From positions 18,461 through 82,460 of the IMG/VR virus record IMGVR_UViG_3300034060_000702: DNA of 64,000 bases; one strand, 5' to 3'. This DNA is from a virus. Positions within the stretch are counted from its first letter, which is position 1, and the number at the start of each line of letters is the position of its first letter. The translations under genes and the position numbers were made by a program. The notes beneath the pieces are model-generated. The model was not told where the DNA came from and made no database searches. It worked only from the letters and a program-made list of their open reading frames with translations. Below are positions 60,572 to 64,000 of the stretch, one piece after another.

Positions 60572-60612
60572 ATGCCTTCGGCATCTATTCAATTACTTCC
60601 TCTTTTAGATAA
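60572..60612 (+). promoter_or_regulatory. Triloop-hairpin element 3
   Basis: ATGCC-TTC-GGCAT-CT...ACTTCCTCTTTTAGAT. Confidence 0.6.
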
Positions 60613-60681
60613 AATATATATCAATGTTAAAACAAGATGTGAAGAGCATGTTAACATTGATTATATGGAAGTTAATTGAGT

Positions 60682-60722
60682 ATGTCTTCGACATCTTTGG
60701 TTAACTTCCTTTTTTAAATAAA
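60682..60722 (+). promoter_or_regulatory. Triloop-hairpin element 4
   Basis: ATGTC-TTC-GACAT-CT...ACTTCCTTTTTTAAAT. Confidence 0.6.
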
Positions 60723-60809
60723 ATTAATTATAGCCGATTGCACAGGCTTGGTATGTGTAAATAAATTTAAAAGACTTCGAGTGTGGAATAGTAACACTCA
60801 CAATTAATC

Positions 60810-61166
60810 ATGGGTAGAGTAGCAAAAACAACAGTTAATGTAACAGTTAACACAGGAAAATTAAATCCTTTTACAAATGGTGTTATTAAAGGATTTGTAA
60901 CATTAGAAGAGGTTACAAAAGGTGTTAATACAAACGGAAAAGAGTTTGTGATCATACCAGGTTTTGGTGTGACTTACATGCGCATTTCCGAAATCAAAGC
61001 AGGCATCAAATATGGTGTTGTGCAATTTGATTCAAACACCGAAGGAAATGAAGGTGCACTGGCACTTAATAAGATTTCAGGTATGGAAGAGTTAAAATAT
61101 TACATGAACCAATTTCCAGGTTCTAGTATGATTGACATAAAAGAATTGTTTGGGATTAAATTATAA
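60810..61166 (+). CDS. Early beta-rich protein in its own transcription unit
   Basis: 118 aa; preceded by two hairpin elements and followed by a terminator. Confidence 0.75.
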   Translation: MGRVAKTTVNVTVNTGKLNPFTNGVIKGFVTLEEVTKGVNTNGKEFVIIPGFGVTYMRISEIKAGIKYGVVQFDSNTEGNEGALALNKISGMEELKYYMNQFPGSSMIDIKELFGIKL

Positions 61167-61181
61167 TCCCAAATAATTCAT

Positions 61182-61216
61182 ATGGTGTGCCCTTCGGGGT
61201 GCACCATTTTCTTTTT
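61182..61216 (+). terminator. cUUCGg terminator
   Basis: ATGGTGTGCCC-TTCG-GGGTGCACCAT-TTT. Confidence 0.8.
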
Positions 61217-61219
61217 ATG

Positions 61220-61411
61220 CAAACAAACAGAGATCCTGAATTAACAGGTTTCCTCGGAAAGAGGAAGAGAGGTTGGTGAAGTACAAGCCATAAAACAGAG
61301 GAACCTCGCTGTTGACATACCACAAGTTACTTAATCCGAAAGGAAGATAATTGGGGTATGCATTGCATATAAAAAAGCACTACTCTTCGGAGTAGTGCTT
61401 TGTTTTTTTTT
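61220..61411 (+). ncRNA. Candidate structured small RNA between two terminators
   Basis: TTCCTC/GAGGAA, GAGGTT/AACCTC, CATACC/GGTATG and TCC-GAAA-GGA stems; no listed ORF. Confidence 0.45.
61374..61411 (+). terminator. cUUCGg terminator
   Basis: AAAGCACTACTC-TTCG-GAGTAGTGCTTT-GT9. Confidence 0.85.
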
Positions 61412-61413
61412 AA

Positions 61414-61630
61414 TACTATCCCATGGCAAGGATGTCGGTTAGTTGTTGTTTAAATTACTATCCCATATCCGACCACATCCTGAAGTTCTCATGTATTGAA
61501 TACAATCCCATGGTAGGCATAATGTATTGCTCCGCAATCTATTCAAATACTACTGTAGGAAGAACCAGAATGTTTTGATTACTATCCCACAGCAACCATA
61601 TCCGAGAGGCCAGGTATGCTTACTATCATC
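61414..61630 (+). repeat. Degenerate interspaced TACTATCCCA array
   Basis: Copies at 61414, 61456, 61501 (TACAATCCCA), 61548 (degenerate), 61580 and 61621 (TACTATCATC). Confidence 0.65.
61526..61550 (+). promoter_or_regulatory. Triloop-hairpin element 5 (TCC loop variant)
   Basis: ATTGC-TCC-GCAAT-CT-ATTCAAATACT. Confidence 0.5.
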
Positions 61631-61711
61631 TGTAAACCTTCCACATAAAAAAACCAAATGTTGCTTTTGTGATGCAACTAAATATTAAACCTCCTATAAA
61701 ACTTATTAATC

Positions 61712-61906
61712 ATGTCAGAACAAGAATTAAAAAATAATAAGATTGCAGAAGTAAGACTTACTGCTAAAGAATTTAATAACATGCAAGCATTGGCTGTGCA
61801 AGAAAGTGAACCTTTACTACATACCTATAACAATGGTGGTGTAACAGTAAAAGTAGCAATAGGCTTCCTAATTACATTTGGCTATTTGGATTTAATCGCC
61901 TTTTAG
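61712..61906 (+). CDS. Early hypothetical protein
   Basis: 64-aa ORF. Confidence 0.65.
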   Translation: MSEQELKNNKIAEVRLTAKEFNNMQALAVQESEPLLHTYNNGGVTVKVAIGFLITFGYLDLIAF

Positions 61907-62015
61907 TAAATACACTCACAGTTTTATATAATAGGGTTTTTCATAAGCCCTATTTATAATTCCTATTATTGCTCACATAAGCGCATTACCATAAATGGTT
62001 TATGCTCAAATGCTT

Positions 62016-62056
62016 GTGTCTTCGACACCTTTTTTTCTTACTCCCTTTTTTAAATA
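62016..62056 (+). promoter_or_regulatory. Triloop-hairpin element 6
   Basis: GTGTC-TTC-GACAC-CT...ACTCCCTTTTTTAAAT. Confidence 0.6.
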
Positions 62057-62254
62057 GTGTTTGTCGATACATTAAGCCACTTTTATACCCAAAAACAGGG
62101 GTTTTTACTAAATTCATCGACAAAAAACAGCCATTCATCGAAATTGAGGTGAGAAAATAATATAATAAGGACTTTTGTGGGTATATGATAGACTCTCCAA
62201 CACCTTATTCTTCAATCCTTCATTTCGCTTATAAACCCAAAAAACTTTAATACT

Positions 62255-62554
62255 ATGATTAAAACACACACAATAACACTCACAATGCTCTGTATTGCTC
62301 TATTCAGCATCAGTAGCATCCTTACATTATGTTACCCTGTGATTGGCATGACTTTCAATTTGTTTGTCCTTATATCTCTTTATATAGTTCTTCTATTCCA
62401 TAGTAGAAGGATTGAAGCTGTAGGACCAATCAAATCCTATGAAAGCCACATAATCCAAGCATTAGTACTGCATATCAAAACCACCGACACAGAGAACCTT
62501 TACAAGGATTCTCCATTAGAAGAATTAGTTAACAACCACCTAAAACAAAACTAA
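62255..62554 (+). CDS. Two-TM membrane protein
   Basis: 99 aa with N-terminal hydrophobic helices. Confidence 0.65.
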   Translation: MIKTHTITLTMLCIALFSISSILTLCYPVIGMTFNLFVLISLYIVLLFHSRRIEAVGPIKSYESHIIQALVLHIKTTDTENLYKDSPLEELVNNHLKQN

Positions 62555-62555
62555 A

Positions 62556-62780
62556 ATGGAATACTGGAAACAAAAAGATGGAACCTTAATATCAGTAGAT
62601 GATATGTCCATTAATCACCTTCGCAACACCTTGAAGATGATAATCAAAAACCTTAATAAGATTGAGGCTAAACAAGTTAAACCTACACCAAAGTTTCAAC
62701 TACATGGTGATATTGCACAAGACCATTTCGATACCATGATGGATGAAGAATATGGTAATCAATTCGAAGACCAATGGTAA
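62556..62780 (+). CDS. Conserved small phage protein
   Basis: W.QKDG..ISVDDMS.NHLRN motif. Confidence 0.7.
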   Translation: MEYWKQKDGTLISVDDMSINHLRNTLKMIIKNLNKIEAKQVKPTPKFQLHGDIAQDHFDTMMDEEYGNQFEDQW

Positions 62781-63028
62781 GCGACATAATCCAAATAGCA
62801 TTTCTTATTATCTTTTGTGTAACACTAATAAGATTAAATAAGAAAACTGCTAGGCTAATTGCAGGATTAGAGGCAGAGAATAAAAAGATTCGCGAGAATT
62901 ATAACAATACCCTCAAAGATCTAATAGCATCATACCACATGCTAATTGCTGCACATGATGGTCACTTGACCATCGAAGAGATAAATGAATTCATTAATAA
63001 ACCCACACAAAATGGAAGTAACAATTAA
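62774..63028 (+). CDS. TM plus coiled-coil hypothetical protein
   Basis: 84-aa ORF. Confidence 0.6.
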   Translation: MVSDIIQIAFLIIFCVTLIRLNKKTARLIAGLEAENKKIRENYNNTLKDLIASYHMLIAAHDGHLTIEEINEFINKPTQNGSNN

Positions 63029-63311
63029 CAAAACAGAATGCACATTAGTATTCTCAAGATACCAAAGCAATCATCGCACATCCCTGCAACTAATTGAAGT
63101 TGAAACAGGTGAACCTTATATGACTGCTTCAGTAAACATGCCGGATGTACATCTATCCGATGACATGATATGCATCAAAAATTACAGTGAGAATGAGGGT
63201 ATCCTTAATGTTCTCATTGATGCAAACATATTATTGCCATTGGATTTAATCCAATCAGGCATAATGAAGTGCATGTTTATCATACCAAGATCAGTATATG
63301 AGCAAGCATAG
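63012..63311 (+). CDS. DUF4313-like protein (likely start 63012)
   Basis: Y......LQL....GEPYMTASVN...IKNYSENEGIL..L. Confidence 0.65.
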   Translation: MEVTINKTECTLVFSRYQSNHRTSLQLIEVETGEPYMTASVNMPDVHLSDDMICIKNYSENEGILNVLIDANILLPLDLIQSGIMKCMFIIPRSVYEQA

Positions 63312-63492
63312 AATAAAAGGTAATGATTTTACTGTAAGAGCAATAAGATTTGCACAGACATACAACTGCACAACGGTTGGTCAATGCCTGAAAGTATTAT
63401 CATTGCTAACTGATGCACAACTACAACGCACTCACTTCATTAGAAGAAGATTGCTTAAAGAGTTCAATGAATTTTTAACATCTAAACAATAA
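63298..63492 (+). CDS. Hypothetical protein
   Basis: 64-aa basic ORF. Confidence 0.55.
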   Translation: MSKHRIKGNDFTVRAIRFAQTYNCTTVGQCLKVLSLLTDAQLQRTHFIRRRLLKEFNEFLTSKQ

Positions 63493-63501
63493 AAAAAAGC
63501 T

Positions 63502-63876
63502 ATGAGAGAATTAGACAAAGATAATTTACCATTCTATGAAATAAGTAGTAGAATAAATGAGTACACAGGAACCGGTGGTGAATACATAGTTCACAAGTTA
63601 GACTTTGCTTTAGTAATTCATAGCAAAACACAATTCATTCTAATAAAATATGGGAATGATATGTACGAATGGTTTCTTCGGTATGTAACACCAACACCAA
63701 CTAACGATGGTGAAAAAATTAAATTTGTAGATGTAGATGGAGTACCAACTGCAACAATATACAAAGAACAATCAATCGAAAACACATTCTTTAGGGCTGC
63801 AATAAAAGCAGACATCGCTGTTGATTACAGGGAAGTAAAGGAAGATTGGTTTTGGTATAACAATAAAAAAGAATAA
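63502..63876 (+). CDS. Hypothetical protein
   Basis: 124-aa ORF. Confidence 0.65.
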   Translation: MRELDKDNLPFYEISSRINEYTGTGGEYIVHKLDFALVIHSKTQFILIKYGNDMYEWFLRYVTPTPTNDGEKIKFVDVDGVPTATIYKEQSIENTFFRAAIKADIAVDYREVKEDWFWYNNKKE

Positions 63877-63878
63877 GT

Positions 63879-64000
63879 ATGCTAACATTTACATTTGCCA
63901 CATACACACTGCTATTAAGTTACAATCCATGTGATGTATTCACACACTTCGGTGTCACTGAAATGCATGGATTAAACTTAGCAGATTGTCAGGCACACGC
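63879..64000 (+). CDS. Hypothetical protein, truncated by the window end
   Basis: MLTFTFATYTLLLSYNPCDVFTHFGVTEMHGLNLADCQAH..., open to the edge. Confidence 0.6.
   Translation, partial: MLTFTFATYTLLLSYNPCDVFTHFGVTEMHGLNLADCQAH

Noticed and set aside
61236-61300. HDV-like or hammerhead ribozyme in the structured RNA candidate
   Set aside because: TCCTCG is present, but I could not build the nested pseudoknot or a CTGANGA/GAAA core.
61414-61630. Canonical CRISPR or TIGR array
   Set aside because: The repeats are only about 10 nt and degenerate, spacing varies from 32 to 47 nt, and no cas/tas gene or box C/D pattern is visible; kept only as an unexplained array.
63909-63984. Long irregular hairpin with cUUCGg loop and C/D-like words
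   Set aside because: It lies entirely within a plausible CDS starting at 63879 and the box geometry does not fit a K-turn; it may be incidental.
58484-64000. tRNA genes suggested by repeated TTCGA words
   Set aside because: TTCGA belongs to the 5-bp triloop hairpins; no cloverleaf could be formed.

Overview
An AT-rich segment of a lytic crAss-like (Crassvirales-type) phage genome, standard genetic code. The host is probably Bacteroidota, judged from TAnnTTTG promoter boxes and A-rich leaders without Shine-Dalgarno sites. Bases 1-57.9 kb are one minus-strand block. Read in the direction of transcription it holds a RepL-like gene, an accessory/anti-defence cluster (GIY-YIG, DUF1599-like, sponge-like proteins, GroES), fibre genes, a lysis cassette, HU-like and PD-(D/E)xK genes, terminase, portal, scaffold and major capsid. 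It continues with ring and auxiliary proteins, a Cys-rich and collagen-rich tail-fibre block, the muzzle protein and four ejection/cargo proteins; the last is a >2289-aa ORF that runs off the window and is absent from the ORF track. At about 58 kb the strand switches, across a region with three palindromic RepL-proximal repeats and a strong G-quadruplex motif, into plus-strand small early-type genes. The most novel signals are: (1) six covarying 5-bp hairpins with a template-strand GNA triloop plus a downstream box, resembling N4-type virion-RNAP hairpin promoters; (2) a 3'UTR-derived small-RNA candidate complementary to the bipartite leaders of two head genes; (3) a degenerate regularly spaced array and several structured RNA motifs in the early region; (4) ART-like, pseudo-zincin and OMP-like beta-barrel modules inside ejection proteins, partly delimited by xxGG motifs. 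All family assignments come from motif recognition and synteny by eye; no searches were run.
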